Shown: one piece after another, positions 62,225 through 64,000 of the stretch | Layout: each line of letters begins with the position of its first letter | Position numbering within the stretch: the first letter of the stretch is position 1 | Assembly: GCF_009914755.1 (NCBI RefSeq) | Contig: NC_060926.1 | Origin: the human T2T-CHM13v2.0 reference genome, Homo sapiens | Length of the DNA stretch: 64,000 bases | Direction: 5' to 3' (one strand) | Notes under the pieces: generated by a model | Databases searched by the model: none | The model's input: the letters and a program-made list of their open reading frames with translations, nothing else | Told to the model about the DNA's origin: nothing | Translations under genes and position numbers: made by a program

Positions 62225-62393
62225 CAAACAAACTTGCATTTTAGCTTCAAGGGTACATGTGCAGGTTTGTTATATAGATAAACTCATGTCACGGGGGTTT
62301 GCTGTACAGATTATTTATTTCATCACACAGGTACTAAGGCTAGTGACCAATAGTTATTTTTTCCGATCCTCTCCCTCCTTCCAACCTCCACCC
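62225..62393 (-). mobile_element. Short L1 (L1PA15/16-like) 3' end
   Basis: 'gggtacatgtgcaggtttgttatatagataaactcatgtcacgggggtttgctgtacagattattt'. Confidence 0.8.
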
Positions 62394-62405
62394 AACTCTG
62401 TTTCT

Positions 62406-62415
62406 GAAAGAAGGA

Positions 62416-62453
<38 letters not shown>
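62406..62453. repeat. (GAAA)n tetranucleotide microsatellite
   Basis: gaaagaaggaaagaaagaaagaaag... Confidence 0.92.
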
Positions 62454-62454
<1 letters not shown>

Positions 62455-64000
62455 GGCCCAGAGAGGACAAAGTATTTGTCTAAGGCCATACTGTTATTAA
62501 GAGGTAGAACCAAGACCTACACTAACTCTGCAAATCCAATTTCTGTCCACAGTGCCCTTGAGATCAGAATGATACTCACTCCATTTCCTCTAAAAGCTAC
62601 AAATGAAACTCTTCTTATGAGTAAAAAGTACTAACCCAAATTGGATTATTACTATAGTGGTCTCGCAAATTTAGAGGATGTTCAGAGGTCAGAGATGAGA
62701 ACCCTGGCTAAATCTTGTAGGGGTGAATGTACAAACGATCGTGTTTTTAAAATATTCTAAATTCAAATTCCAAGAATGACATTTAACGCATCCTTCCAAA
62801 GCCAAATTTGGCATAGTGCTCTGGTTCTAAATAGCAGCATTGACCTTCCCTCTTAGACTCATAACCTAAATTATTCTGAAGATTCTTCTTCCAGACTGCT
62901 CCCGACAACCCACCTGGAGCAGTCTCCAGGACATTCCTGCTGATTTACAACTGCAATCTTGCTAAAAGGAATGGAAAAGAGCCAGGATGAGTTTCTGCTA
63001 GACAGAATTACTGGCATGAAATACTAACATGGCTACAACTTGGCATATGAATGACTGACTGCACCAATGCCCCACCCCCCCTTTTTTTATTTCACTGAAA
63101 TAGGTTATTTGTTGGAAAATTGAGGGAATCTTGTTCCTCAACCCCAGCCCCTAAAGAGTGAAGGAAAAAGGCTGCTGACTGTGCTACTTAGGGCATGCTT
63201 GAACATGGCTCCCAAAAGCCAGCCTTGAACCAGGAAGCCTTTTCTTGTTCAGTTTCCACGTCAGTGGTTTGTCTTTGATGAGCGTCTGTGACTGCTGTGT
63301 GCAGAGCCCTTCTGTTTTCTGCCTTTATAGAAGGAATAAAGACGACTAGGCAGGAGGCAAGCAGTAAGCTCCAGCTGTCCCTGGTTAAGACGCAATGATT
63401 AGCTGTAAATCGTCCATTTGGCTTAGGCAAAATATGGTCTAAATGAAAAAGGGAATGCCTTTCCCTTGTATTTATTCTCTTCCAGAACCTTGACTCAAGC
63501 TGTCAATTAGTCAATCAAATATTTATTGGCACTCCCCACTCCTGATTTTACACAAAGTGCAGGATGCCACAAGAAGTAAAACATTACAAGGTATTCAAGA
63601 CTTAGCTTGGAAAATAGGGCAAGTATTCGTTCGTCAAGAGTGGAAAACTCCGATGACTATGGGGACCAGGTGGGCAACATGAATGAATGAATGAATCTGT
63701 TTCATAATAGCATTTTAAGGTGTATTATTTTCACACATTTTTCTTGTATATTTAATACACAGGAATATTCTTTTCTCTACAAAATCAGAGCCTTGTTGGT
63801 CTATCTGTAGTTTTCACATTCTGGTGAGAAAAAAATGTCCTCCTCAATTTTTCTATACGATAGGGTTAGTGCCAAGACAAATGGCAATCAAAACCTGGTT
63901 TCAGTGTTAAGAGACAATTGAAAGAGGACAAGAAAGTGATGGGGACTGTATCCAGTTAGAGAGCTTATGGGTTACTGGAAGGGAGCAGCTGCTTGTTAAG

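Overview
Primate (very probably human) genomic DNA containing the 5' end of the integrin beta-6 gene (ITGB6) on the minus strand. It includes a TATA-like promoter (~15800), exon 1 (ATG at 15545) and coding exons 2-4 with canonical GT-AG junctions. These splice into [27 protein letters not shown]...[16 protein letters not shown]...EEIANPC. Positions 1-10850 are part of intron 4, filled with L1, Charlie1, Alu, LTR and MIR copies. Positions ~15800-64000 are upstream non-coding DNA rich in ancient repeats (L2, MIR, MLT, LTR41, MER1/33/96/102, Charlie4) and contain a full-length but dead HSMAR2 mariner interrupted by two Alus. I recognise no other protein-coding gene; the other ORFs in the track are repeat-derived or chance. 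I cannot support a wholly new biological system here. The best candidates for a second look are: (1) a near-perfect 77-nt, pri-miRNA-shaped hairpin in ITGB6 intron 2 whose single outer-stem mismatch becomes a G-U pair only in the ITGB6 sense RNA; (2) a probable 107-nt 5'UTR intron that would remove a uORF and a hairpin; (3) a candidate 270-nt cryptic exon 43 kb upstream; (4) a TSD-flanked solo poly(A) insertion; (5) an unexplained ~80-bp dispersed duplication; (6) several AP-1/FOX/STAT6/CTCF motif clusters. Repeat subfamily names come from recalled consensus similarity, and their boundaries are approximate.
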